Of a stretch of DNA of 64,000 nucleotides, positions 9,322 through 20,327 are shown one piece after another; position 1 is the stretch's first letter, and the number at the start of each line of letters is the position of its first letter. Under the pieces are notes generated by a model. The model saw only the letters and a program-made list of their open reading frames with translations, made no database searches and had not been told where the DNA came from. The stretch lies in the NCBI GenBank assembly GCA_963717935.1, contig CAVQXP010000004.1:1088001-1152000 (forward strand), in the 5' to 3' direction. This DNA is from Candidatus Eiseniibacteriota bacterium (GTDB lineage Bacteria > Eisenbacteria > RBG-16-71-46). A program made the position numbers and the translations under genes.

Positions 9322-9446
9322 CGCGCGCCGGGGGGAATCGGCCGCCCGCCGCCCGTCCCCGGCCACTCCCGCCGTCCGTCCGTCTTCTAACCCCGCCCGC
9401 CGCAATCCCTTGACTTACCCGGCTCCGTGGCGTAGCGCTCAAGGGA

Positions 9447-10037
9447 ATGAAAACGGCTCCCCGGCGTAGTTCGCAATTGGAGCCAGGTCGCGAGGCGGGC
9501 CTGGTACGGGCGGCGCAGGGCGGCGATCAGGCCGCCTTCACCGAGATCGTGCGCCATTTCCAGCGCCCGGTCTACCGTGTGGCCTACGCGCTGACGCGCA
9601 ACGCGAGCGACGCCGATGACCTCGCGCAGGAGACCTTCGTGCGGGCATACCAGGCGATCGGGCGGTTCCGTGCGGGCGAGCCGCTCTACCCGTGGCTCTC
9701 GCGCATCACCGTGAACCTGGCCTATTCGCTCTTCCGGCGGCGCAAGCGCCGGCCCGAGACCTCGATCGAGCCGCTGGTGGAATCCGGCCGGCAATGGGCG
9801 GCGGACGACGATCCTGCCGAGCGCGCGGCCGAGTCCGAGCAGCACGAACGGCTGGCCGGGGCCTTTGCCGAGCTGTCGCACGAGCACCAGGCCGTGCTCA
9901 CGCTGCGCGTGGTCGAGGACCTGTCGTACGACGACATCGCCCAGGCCCTGGGTGTGCCGGCGGGGACCGTGATGTCGCGGCTGTCGCGCGCGCGCGCGGA
10001 ACTCCGCACGCGACTCAAGGCGCGGACCGGGGAATGA
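9447..10037 (+). CDS. ECF RNA polymerase sigma factor
   Basis: Region 2 DADDLAQETFVRAY...WLSRITVN; region 4 LSYDDIAQALGVPAGTVMSRLSRAR. Confidence 0.95.
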   Translation: MKTAPRRSSQLEPGREAGLVRAAQGGDQAAFTEIVRHFQRPVYRVAYALTRNASDADDLAQETFVRAYQAIGRFRAGEPLYPWLSRITVNLAYSLFRRRKRRPETSIEPLVESGRQWAADDDPAERAAESEQHERLAGAFAELSHEHQAVLTLRVVEDLSYDDIAQALGVPAGTVMSRLSRARAELRTRLKARTGE

Positions 10038-11428
10038 CCATGAGCCATCTGACGAACGAGCAGTTGAGCGCCCTGGCGGACGCCGCGCTCGAAGGCGGTG
10101 CGCGCGCCGCGGCCGAGCGCCACCTCGAGGCCTGCGCGGACTGCCGCGAGGCGCTGGCCGGACTCGTGGCGCGGGACCGGGCGCTCGCTTCGACGCTCGA
10201 GCACGACCCGGGCGAGGAGTACTACGAGTCCTTCGCCGGCCGGGTGGGCGATCGCATCCGCGCGGCGGGTCTGGCGGGCGCGCAGGCGCGCGGGCCCGAG
10301 GGCCGCAACCTGGCGGACTGGTTCCGCGCGCCGCGCAAGCTCGCGCTGGTCGGCGCGGTCGCGACCGTGGTCGCGGGCGCGGGGATCGTCATGCTCGCCA
10401 CGCGCGAGGTGCGCGTGCCGGCGCTGCGCGAACGGGAGATCGAGAGCCGCGTGGCGCAGGAGGCGCCCCCAGCGCCCTCGCCGCCCGGGATCCAGCCCGA
10501 GGGTCAGCCCGGGACTCGCGGCGCGCCGTCGCTCGCGGCGGAACCCATGGCTCCACCGCCCGCGGAGGGACTCGCGAAGGGGGCCGCCCGTCCCCGGGAT
10601 GACTCCCGGGCGAAGACGGACCTCGTGTCCCGCGGGCGGACGGCTGCTTCCGCGCGGGACCGGCGCGTCCCGGAGAATCGCGCCTACGAAGTGCGCCGCA
10701 ACGAGGCCGGCGAGGACGTGCCCGTGCGCCAGCCCGATGGATTCGTCTACCGGCCGCTCCGGGCCGCTCCTGCGCCCCGGCCTGCCGTGCCCGGCGAGCC
10801 CGTGTACGCGCAGAAGCCGCAGTACGCCGTGCCGCTCACGTCCGAGAAGCGGGCGGACGCCCTGCGGGCCGGGGCACAGCCGCTGCCCACCGGGGCGGGG
10901 GCCCCGGCGCCGTCGGCCGACCAGGGCGCTTCCGTGGCGGAGGAGAAGGCCGCGCTCGAGCAGGAGTCGAAGCCGGTGGCGGCGCCGGGCGCCGGGCAGG
11001 CCGTCACGGCCCGGAAGGGACGGGTCGCGCCCGGCGCCGCTCTCGGTCTCATGGACCGGGCGGACCGGGGCCCCACGTTCCAGGTGCGCGGGACCCCCGA
11101 GGCATTCGATGGGCTCCCGGCCGAACCGCGCGCCCTGGCCAGGGACGCTCGACGGCTGACGACGATCGCGGAGACGACCGGTCTGCGGTCTGCGTGGGAC
11201 TCGGCCGCCGTCGGGTGGGAGCGCGTGATCGAGGGCGTGCAGGGTGGGCCGCTCGAGAGCGAGACGCGCTTCCAGGTCGCGCGGGCCTGCTTCATGGCGT
11301 GGCAGCGGGACGCGAGTGAGAAGCGCGCCGTGCGGGCCGCACAGGCGCTGAAGGCCTTCCTCGCGCACGCGCCTCAGGGCGCCGAGCGGGACTCGGCGCA
11401 GGCCTGGATGCGGGCGTTCGAGCGCTAG
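10034..11428 (+). CDS. Zinc-binding (ZAS, zf-HC2) membrane anti-sigma factor with long extracytoplasmic region
   Basis: HLEACADC (HxxxCxxC), one TM helix, Pro/Ala-rich linker and helical C-terminal domain; ATGA overlap with the sigma gene. Confidence 0.85.
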   Translation: MTMSHLTNEQLSALADAALEGGARAAAERHLEACADCREALAGLVARDRALASTLEHDPGEEYYESFAGRVGDRIRAAGLAGAQARGPEGRNLADWFRAPRKLALVGAVATVVAGAGIVMLATREVRVPALREREIESRVAQEAPPAPSPPGIQPEGQPGTRGAPSLAAEPMAPPPAEGLAKGAARPRDDSRAKTDLVSRGRTAASARDRRVPENRAYEVRRNEAGEDVPVRQPDGFVYRPLRAAPAPRPAVPGEPVYAQKPQYAVPLTSEKRADALRAGAQPLPTGAGAPAPSADQGASVAEEKAALEQESKPVAAPGAGQAVTARKGRVAPGAALGLMDRADRGPTFQVRGTPEAFDGLPAEPRALARDARRLTTIAETTGLRSAWDSAAVGWERVIEGVQGGPLESETRFQVARACFMAWQRDASEKRAVRAAQALKAFLAHAPQGAERDSAQAWMRAFER

Positions 11429-11469
11429 CCCGGGCTAGCGGGCCGCGCGGCGGGGGTGAAGCGCCGCCG

Positions 11470-13277
11470 TCAGGCCGTCTCGCCCGGGCCGACCACCTTC
11501 AGCCACGAGAACCACAGCGGGTGGTGCTGCTTGTACCAGCGCAGCACCTCCAGCACGACCTGCTGCTGGTCGGGCGGGATCACCTCGGGCGGGATGCGGT
11601 CGAAGTGGATGCGCATCTGCTGCCGGCCCACGTACTCGATGGCCTCGGAGCACAGGGTCTGCAATTCGTTGCGGATGCGGCCCGAGTCGGAGATCTTCAC
11701 CGGCCGGGTGCGGAAGTCCTCGCCGTAGATGAAGCGGGTGAGCAGCGGGATTGAACACCAGCCGCGACTCCTGGAGCTTCTCCATCAGCCGCAGGGTGAA
11801 GGTCACGTGCTTGTCGCCGCGCGCGGTGGCCAGCCGCACGCCGACACGGTAGACGCCGGGCCCGAGCTCCTCGACGCCGGCGGCGCCCGTGTAGGGATCG
11901 TCCCGCATGTACCCGGAGAAGGCCGCCACCTCCCAGCGCTTCTCGGGGAAGAAGTCGTCGGCGGCGATGACCGGCCGCTCGAGCGGGACGCCGGCGTCGC
12001 GGGCCTCGAGGATCAGCTCGCGGTAGGCGGTCTGCCCGGCGTCGTCCACCGGGTGCCCCAGCCGGTCGGCGAGCCGGTCGGCGAAGTCGGGGGCGTCGGG
12101 GTCGAGGTGCATGATGTGCAGCTCGCAGTCGTGCGGCAGGTCGAACTTCGAGGTGAACACCGCCAGCGAGGCGTCCAGGTCCAGCATCGGGGCCAGGCTC
12201 GCCGCCTGCATCGCCTCGGCGGAGGCGGCGTAGCCGTCGCACAGGAACAGGTGCGTGCGCCCCTCGTCGTCGGTCCAGGGACCGATCCGGTAGGTCGGGG
12301 CGTAGGTGCCGGACTCGGTGAAGGCCTTCATCCCCGACGGCAGCGTCCAGCCGTCCTCGACCAGGTGCGCGCCGGCCGCGCGCCATTCGTCCCAGAGCTT
12401 GCCGATGCGCACCGCGCGGGTCTTCCCGCCCAGGGTCCAGACGTGGACGTGCTCGCGGCGCAGGCCGGGATAGGCGGCCTCGATCGCCTCCATCACCCGT
12501 CCCGCGCGGCGTGCGGTAGTCGATCAGCAGCGAGTACTCGGCGGCCTTGTCCACCACGGCGCGGGGGAGGAACAGGTTCCCCACGTAGCCCTCGTAGGGG
12601 CGCTTCATCCGCAGCGGCTGGTCGAACAGGTGCAGCACCGTCATCGGCCCGGTGGGTTCCCCATTGGCGAAGCGGGAGGTGTTCTCCAGGGTGTCGATGG
12701 CGGCGCCCCAGACCGTGATGCCCGCCGCCTTCACCTCCTGGTAGAAGGCGCCCAGCCGTACTCGGCGTCGTTCAGCATCCGCGTCACGCGCTGCTCGAGC
12801 CAGCGCGCCACCTGGGGCCGGGCGTAGATGCGTCCGTAGCCGAGCTGCGGGTTCGAGCCCATCTCCGGGCGTCTCGCCCGCCTTGGGCATGAGCCCCTCG
12901 CCCAGGCACACCATGATGGCGTGGTTCTCCGGCAGGTGCCGCGAGGCGAACCACAGCCCCTCGCTCATGGCGTAGGCGGAGATGGCGTCGGCGTCCTTCT
13001 TCACCTGGTTGAGCTCGGCTTTGTCCTTCCCCTGCCCCTCGCCGAAGCGGCCGAAGAGCTGGGTGCCGAGCGCGGTGACCGCCACCGTCATGGCCATCAG
13101 CCGCTCCATGCGGCCGTCCAGGAAGGAGATCTGGTGGGTGAACTCGGCGACCGGCTGGCCCCGGATCCACTCCACCGTCACGTCCTCGAGCCACAGGTGC
13201 AGCCGGCCCAGGATGGGGCGGGTGTCGAAGGCCCACTGCGCGATCAGGTCCCGCTTGAGTCGAGCCGCGTCGCTCAT
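11470..13277 (-). CDS. Highly diverged GlpX-like (class II FBPase/FIG fold) protein, about 600 aa, with about 4 apparent frameshifts
   Basis: Stitching frames near 12868, 12752, 12498 and 11750 gives one protein with KKDADAISAYAM, MVCLGEG, AAIDTLENT and SAEAMQAAS, colinear with GlpX motifs. Confidence 0.7.
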
Positions 13278-13503
13278 GGTGTGTCCCTCTCGGCGGGCAC
13301 GCCCGATCCGCTCGAACCGCACCCCGGTTCCGTCTCCCTTGCCTCCGGCACCGCCTCCGCGGGCCCGAAGTCTCGTGGCCGCCGTCCCGTGCGGGCGAAC
13401 GGCACGGTCAGGCTAGCAGCACGGCGGAAGCGGGAGCAAGGCCGACCGGGCCGCGCGAGCCTGGCTGGCGAGCTTGAAGAAGTGGCGCCTGGGGCCGGCA
13501 CCG

Positions 13504-13890
13504 CTAGCCGGCGGAGACCTCGCGCGCCGGCCGCACGCACGCGTCGCGCACGGCTTCGCACAATTCCTCGGGGTCCACCGGGCGCGGGGCGAAGTAGATC
13601 GGGCGCAGCGGCTGGATCAGGCGCCGCACCTCGAGCGAGGCGTGGCTCGCCACGACGATGAGCGGGAAGTCGGGCGCGAGGCGGCGCAGCAGCCGCAGGG
13701 TGGCCAGGTCGTCGTCGCGCTCGGGGCAGAGGGCGAACAGCACGACCTGGTGCCGCCCGGAGGCGACGGCATCCACCAGCGACTCGGTCGTGGAGGCCGC
13801 GCAGACCGCGCAGCCACCGCTCGCGAGCACGTCGGCGAGCGGCGGTTCGCCGTTCGTCCCGGCCTCGAAGACGATCACGCTGGGCACCAT
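13504..13890 (-). CDS. Single-domain atypical receiver (REC-like) protein lacking the phosphoacceptor Asp
   Basis: REC secondary-structure pattern VIVFE...QVVLFALCP...PLIVVAS...YFAPRPVDPEEL; Ala at the Asp site, Arg at the Lys site. Confidence 0.75.
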   Translation of the reverse strand: MVPSVIVFEAGTNGEPPLADVLASGGCAVCAASTTESLVDAVASGRHQVVLFALCPERDDDLATLRLLRRLAPDFPLIVVASHASLEVRRLIQPLRPIYFAPRPVDPEELCEAVRDACVRPAREVSAG

Positions 13891-13904
13891 GTCACCGGAC
13901 TTCT

Positions 13905-13920
13905 AGCAATCCGGGTGCCT
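13905..13920 (-). promoter_or_regulatory. Sigma54 (-24/-12) promoter
   Basis: Minus strand AGGCACCCGGATTGCT: GG-N10-GC, close to the TGGCAC-N5-TTGCW consensus. Confidence 0.75.
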
Positions 13921-14040
13921 GAGCGCCGCCCGGTCGGGCGCGGCCGCCCGCCGGTCCGCAAAGTTCCGGAAAACCGTGCTCTGGCGAGGGTTTGGCGCGG
14001 GCCCGGCGCGCGGCTCCGGGGCGCCCGGGGACCGCCCGGC

Positions 14041-14075
14041 TGCCACGCTGTCAGGTCGCCGCCGCCAACTGACAG
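14041..14075. promoter_or_regulatory. Candidate enhancer (UAS) for the NtrC-type activator
   Basis: TGCCA-cgc-TGTCA (14041-14053) and inverted repeat CTGTCAG/CTGACAG (14048-14054/14069-14075), about 120-155 bp upstream of the sigma54 site. Confidence 0.55.
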
Positions 14076-14148
14076 ACCGGGGCGGACGACCGCGGGGTCG
14101 AAGGCTGGCCGGCCTGCGACCCCGAAGGTCCGCGCTCCCGGTCCCGGG

Positions 14149-15502
<1,354 letters not shown>

Positions 15503-15510
<8 letters not shown>

Positions 15511-16666
15511 CGCTGCCTCCCGGGCCCTGCACGGGCAGCTCGATGATGAACCGGGCGCCTGCGCCCGGGCGGCTCTCGACCCGGATGGCGCCGCCGTAGC
15601 CGGTCACCGTCCGCTGCGTGATCGAGAGACCGAGGCCCGTGCCCTGGCCGATCGGCTTGGTGGTGAAGAAGGGATCCCAGATGCGGTCGAGGTGCTGTGG
15701 CTGGATGCCGGGGCCGGTGTCCTCGATCTCGAGCGTCACGGTGGAGCCCGCGTGACGGGTACGCACCGTGAGCATCCCGCCCTCCTTCATGGCCTGCACC
15801 GCGTTCATGCACAGGTTCATGCACATGCCGCGGATGCCCGACTCGCGCGCCCAGATGTGCGGCACCTTCGGGTCCATGTCCTGCACCATGGCGATGCCCT
15901 GCTTGGCCATCTGGTAGTTGAGCAGCGAGAGCGTGTCGCGCGCCGCGCGGTTCAGGTCCACCCAGGCGGTCGCCGCGCGGTAGGGCTGCGCCAGCAGCAG
16001 CAGCTTCTCCGTGGTCTCGGTGCAGCGCTGGGTCTCGCGCTCGATGCCCTGCAGGACGCCGTCCATGTCCTCCCGGTTGCGCGCCGGGAGCTGCTGCTCG
16101 CGCATGAGCCAGCGGCGCAGCCGCTCGACCCCGGCGAGGATGGCGGCCATCGGGTTGTTCAACTCGTGCGCCACGCCGGCCGCGAGCGTGCCCAGCGAGG
16201 CGAGCCGCTCGCTGTGGGCGAGCTGCGCCTCGAGGTCGCTGCGCTCGCTGATGTCGCGCCAGACCTCGACCACGTGACTCACCTCGCCGTCGGGGCCGAG
16301 CACCGGGTTGTAGGTGGCCTCCCAGCGTCGCTGGGCGCCGCTCGGATCGGTCATGTTGCGCACCCGGCGGACCGGGCGCTTCAGCTCCATCACCTCGCAG
16401 GCCGAGCAACGGCTGGAGCCGGCGTTGGCCTCGGCGTCGGGACAGTGCAGCACGTCCATGCAGTGCGTGCCGATCACGGCGGCGCGCTGGGGCCCGAAGG
16501 CGTCCAGGTAGCGGCGGTTCGCGGCCACGACCTTCTGGGTGCGGTCCACCACGACCACCGCGTCGCTCAGTGCGTCGATGAGCTGGGGCAGGATGTGCCG
16601 GACCTGCTCGATGTCCATCCGGCCGGGGAAGGGGGCCGGGACGGACGCGGGATGTGGTTGCGCCAT
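15503..16666 (-). CDS. Cytoplasmic PAS-domain sensor histidine kinase
   Basis: PAS with Cys cluster; HELNNP H-box, N-box, DTGPGI, PFFTTK, GTGLGL; no TM helix; GAGGAG SD before ATG 16666. Confidence 0.93.
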
Positions 16667-16708
16667 GGACTCCTCGGGAAGAAGGACGACTGGCGCGGCC
16701 AGCGAGGA

Positions 16709-16721
16709 TGACAGTTTGTCA
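16709..16721. promoter_or_regulatory. Palindrome, candidate autoregulatory site of the kinase-regulator pair
   Basis: TGACA-gtt-TGTCA, same motif as at 14041-14053. Confidence 0.5.
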
Positions 16722-16857
16722 GGCACCGGGCCAAAAACACTAGCACAGGACCGGCAGGCGTGGCGAAAGAGGGGGTCGCTGGCCCCGGGCACCGGTCTTC
16801 CCCTACCATGCCCGGCGGTCCCACCGTTCGCCCGCCATCGAAGGCCGGAGTCCGCCG

Positions 16858-17103
16858 ATGAACGACGCCAAACTCAAGGATTGCTTCAGCCAGTCGCTCG
16901 GGATCCCGGTCGGCCGGGTCACGGATGATCTCGCCTACAACGCGATCAAGGAGTGGGATTCGGTCGGACACATGGCGCTGGTCGCCGCGCTTGAAGGCGC
17001 CTTCGACATCATGCTCGACACCGACGACATCCTGGGCCTGAGCAGCGTGGCCAGGGCCCGCGAGATCCTGGCGAAATACGGGGTGGTCTTCGATGCTGCT
17101 TGA
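16858..17103 (+). CDS. Acyl carrier protein
   Basis: 81 aa, acidic, EWDSVGHMALV phosphopantetheine motif. Confidence 0.92.
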   Translation: MNDAKLKDCFSQSLGIPVGRVTDDLAYNAIKEWDSVGHMALVAALEGAFDIMLDTDDILGLSSVARAREILAKYGVVFDAA

Positions 17104-17830
17104 AGGCAGGTCCGCGCTGGTCACGGGTGCGGGCCGGGGGATCGGCGCCGCCATCGCCGCGGCGCTGGCCGCCGAAGGTGCCCGGGTCGTGATCTCCGAC
17201 CTGAGCGAACAGGTCGAACCGGTCGCCGCGGAGCTCTGTGCGCGGGGGGGACGGGTCACGGCGCTGCGGGGTGACTTGCGCGACGAGGCGTTCCTGAAGG
17301 AGTTGGTCCAGGCGTGCCGCAGGCAGCACGGGAGCCTCGATGTGCTGGTCAACAACGCCGGCGTGCTGCGCCAGGGGTTGCTTGGGATGCTCCCGGCGAC
17401 GGCGATCCGGGAACTGTTCGAGGTGAACGTCATCGCGCTCATCGCGCTCACGCAGTACGCCGTGCGCATCATGGACGGGGCGCGCCAGCCCAGCATCATC
17501 AACCTAGCCTCGATCGCGGGCACCCGGGGCATGGAGGGCGTATCGGCCTATTCCGCCTCCAAGGGCGCGGTCGTGGCGTTCACGCTGGCGGGTGCGAAGG
17601 AGCTGGCGCCCCGGGGCATTCGCATGAACGCCATCGCGCCCGGGTTCATCGATACCGAGATGATCCGGGGGCTGGCCCCGGACTGGCTCGAGCGGCGCGT
17701 GGAGAGCATCCGCATGGGCCGCGTTGGCACCCCGGAGGACGTCGCCGGGGCGGCGGTGTTCCTGGCGTCCGGTCTGTCGAGTTACGTAACCGGGCAGGTG
17801 CTCGGTGTGGACGGGGGAATGCAGGGTTGA
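17093..17830 (+). CDS. SDR oxidoreductase (FabG-like)
   Basis: TGAGRGIG, NNAG, YSASK, APGFIDT, VTGQVLGVDGG. Confidence 0.93.
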   Translation: MLLEGRSALVTGAGRGIGAAIAAALAAEGARVVISDLSEQVEPVAAELCARGGRVTALRGDLRDEAFLKELVQACRRQHGSLDVLVNNAGVLRQGLLGMLPATAIRELFEVNVIALIALTQYAVRIMDGARQPSIINLASIAGTRGMEGVSAYSASKGAVVAFTLAGAKELAPRGIRMNAIAPGFIDTEMIRGLAPDWLERRVESIRMGRVGTPEDVAGAAVFLASGLSSYVTGQVLGVDGGMQG

Positions 17831-19236
17831 TCGATCTCCTCCGGCAACATCCTCGCCGGCAGGTCGCGCTGATCGAGCCGGTGAACGGGGGACGGGTCCG
17901 CTACGGCGAATTGCTGGAGCGCGTGGATGCCGCGGCCGAGGCGCTCGTCGCCGCGCTGGGCAGGCGCGGCCTCGCTTTCCTCGCCATGGGCCCCGACGTG
18001 GATGCCGTCGTGCTGTACCTCGGTTGTTTGGGCGCGCGCATCCCGTTCTGTCTCGCCGAGACCCAGCCGGAGCCCCTCGCGCGGCTCGCGCAGGTCTACG
18101 AGCCGGACCTCCTGCTGCTGCCGTTGTCGCTCGCGCCGCCGCCCGCCTACCGTGAACATCCGTCTCCGGTCGCTCGTTACCGCGTCTGGGTCGCCGAACG
18201 TCACGGGTCGCGCGCACTCCATCCGGACCTAGCGCTGCTGCTCACCACCTCGGGCTCGACCGGCAATCCCAAGCTCGTCCGGCTCACGCAGCGCAACCTC
18301 GAAGCGAACGCGCGCTCGATCGTGAAGTACCTCGGCATCGATCCCGGGGAGCGCGCGATCGAGAGCCTGGCGATGCACTATTCCTACGGGCTCTCGGTGC
18401 TTAACTCGCATCTCGTGGCCGGCGGCTCGGTCGTTCTCACCCCGCACTCGTTCCTGCGCCCGGAGTTCTGGACGGTGGTGGACGAGGAGCGCTGCACGTC
18501 GTTCGCCGGCGTGCCGTATATGTACGAGACGCTGCACCGTCTGCGCTTCGACCTGGCCCGGCACCCTGCGCTGCGCACGCTTACCCAGGCGGGCGGTGGG
18601 CTGCGCAAGGACCTCGTTGCCCATTTCCACGCGCTGGCCGCGGGGGCCGGGGCGCGCTTCTTCGTCATGTATGGGCAGACCGAGGCCACAGCGCGCATCT
18701 CCTATGTTCCGCCCGAGGCGCTGTCCGGAAAGATCGGTTCCATCGGCATCGCGATCCCGGACGGCCAACTGAGCCTGGCCGTGGTCGAGGATTCCGCCGA
18801 CCTGATGGAACTGGTCTATGAAGGTCCCAACGTCATGCTGGGGTACGCGGAGTCGCCTGCCGATCTCGCGCTGGGGGACGTCCAGGCCGGCGTGCTGCGG
18901 ACCGGGGACCTCGGCCGCGTGGACGAGGATGGCTTCTTCTCCGTCGCCGGCCGGCTCAAGCGCTTCGCCAAGCTGTTCGGCCGGCGCGTCAGCCTGGAGG
19001 ACATCGAACGCGAGATCGAGGCGGCATTCCCGGTGCGCGTGGCGGCGACCGACGGCGGCGACCGCATCGTGATCCACGCGGAACTGGAGGGCGCAGTCGG
19101 CCCGGAGGACATCGGCAGTCACGTCGCGAAGCAGCTTGGGGTACCGCCCGTGGCCGTGACCGTGACCGTCGTGAAGACCCTGCCGCGGACTTCCTCGGGC
19201 AAGAAGGACTATCGCGCGCTCGAGGTGCGCGGATGA
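17827..19236 (+). CDS. AMP-dependent acyl-CoA/acyl-ACP ligase
   Basis: LTTSGSTGNPK, YGQTEA, RTGDLG, LPRTSSGKKD; TTG start overlapping the SDR stop. Confidence 0.92.
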   Translation: MIDLLRQHPRRQVALIEPVNGGRVRYGELLERVDAAAEALVAALGRRGLAFLAMGPDVDAVVLYLGCLGARIPFCLAETQPEPLARLAQVYEPDLLLLPLSLAPPPAYREHPSPVARYRVWVAERHGSRALHPDLALLLTTSGSTGNPKLVRLTQRNLEANARSIVKYLGIDPGERAIESLAMHYSYGLSVLNSHLVAGGSVVLTPHSFLRPEFWTVVDEERCTSFAGVPYMYETLHRLRFDLARHPALRTLTQAGGGLRKDLVAHFHALAAGAGARFFVMYGQTEATARISYVPPEALSGKIGSIGIAIPDGQLSLAVVEDSADLMELVYEGPNVMLGYAESPADLALGDVQAGVLRTGDLGRVDEDGFFSVAGRLKRFAKLFGRRVSLEDIEREIEAAFPVRVAATDGGDRIVIHAELEGAVGPEDIGSHVAKQLGVPPVAVTVTVVKTLPRTSSGKKDYRALEVRG

Positions 19237-20327
19237 GGAGCCCCGCCCGGGACCTGCTGGAGTTGCCGCCCTACTCGTTGCCGCAGGACGAGAAGCGCGC
19301 GATGCTGCGGCCGCGTCTTGAGGCGCTCACGCGCCACCACTACGAGGCGTGCGCGGCGTACCGCAACGTCGTGGACCACGTGTTCGGCGGACTCGACACC
19401 GTGGACTTCGGTCGGCTCGAGGACCTGCCGTTCCTGCCGGTGTCGCTGTTCAAGACGCACGAGTTGAAGAGCGTCTCCGACGCCGACGTCATCAAGGTGC
19501 TCACCTCGAGCGGCACGACGGGCCAGCAGGCGAGCCGCGTGGTGGTGGACGCCGAGACGAGCCAGGTCCAGTCGGCCGTCCTGGTCAAGGTGGCGCAGCA
19601 CTTCCTCGGTCGGGAGCGCCTGCCGATGGTGATCCTCGACCATGCCGGGGTCGTGAAGGACCGCCGCTCGTACTCGGCCCGTGCGGCGGGCATCTTGGGT
19701 ATGGCCCAGTTCGGCTACCGGCCGTTCTACGCTCTGCGGGAGGACATGAGCCTCGACGCGGAGGGGCTCGTCGCGTACCTGGGCTCGATGAGGGATCGGC
19801 GGATCCTGTTGTTCGGTTTCACCTGGATGGTGTGGCAGCATTTCGCCGGAGCGCTCGAGAGTCTCGGGCTGCGCCCTGACCTGTCGCGCGGCGTCCTCGT
19901 TCACTCGGGTGGGTGGAAGAAGCTGCACGACGTCGCCGTGACCCCTGCGGAGTTTCGCGAGCGCCTGCGGGTGCTGACCGGGCTCCCCCGGGTGATCGAT
20001 TTCTACGGCATGGTCGAGCAGGTGGGGAGCGTGTATTTCGAAAACGAGCTTCACCTCTTGCAGGCCCCCATCTACTCCGACGTGATCGTGCGCGACCCGG
20101 TGACGCTCGAGCCGCTGCCCGATGGCCGGCCGGGTCTCCTGCAAGTCGTGAGTTGCCTGCCCACGAGTTACCCCGGGCACTCGCTTCTTACCGAGGACCT
20201 GGGCGTGATCCGCGGCGCGGACCTGCCGGGCACGGAGTTGAAGGGCCGCAGTTTCGAGGTGCTCGGGCGTGTCCCGCGTGCCGACTTGCGCGGGTGCAGC
20301 GACACGTTCGAACCGAGGGCCGCGTGA
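19233..20327 (+). CDS. LuxE-family acyl-protein synthetase
   Basis: LPFLPVSLFK, TSSGTTG, HSGGWKK, DFYGMVEQ, SYPGHSLLTEDLG and C-terminal RGC acylation Cys. Confidence 0.92.
   Translation: MRSPARDLLELPPYSLPQDEKRAMLRPRLEALTRHHYEACAAYRNVVDHVFGGLDTVDFGRLEDLPFLPVSLFKTHELKSVSDADVIKVLTSSGTTGQQASRVVVDAETSQVQSAVLVKVAQHFLGRERLPMVILDHAGVVKDRRSYSARAAGILGMAQFGYRPFYALREDMSLDAEGLVAYLGSMRDRRILLFGFTWMVWQHFAGALESLGLRPDLSRGVLVHSGGWKKLHDVAVTPAEFRERLRVLTGLPRVIDFYGMVEQVGSVYFENELHLLQAPIYSDVIVRDPVTLEPLPDGRPGLLQVVSCLPTSYPGHSLLTEDLGVIRGADLPGTELKGRSFEVLGRVPRADLRGCSDTFEPRAA

Noticed and set aside
12848..12862. tRNA T-loop-like GGGTTCGAGCCC
   Set aside because: Lies inside the GlpX-like coding region with no cloverleaf around it
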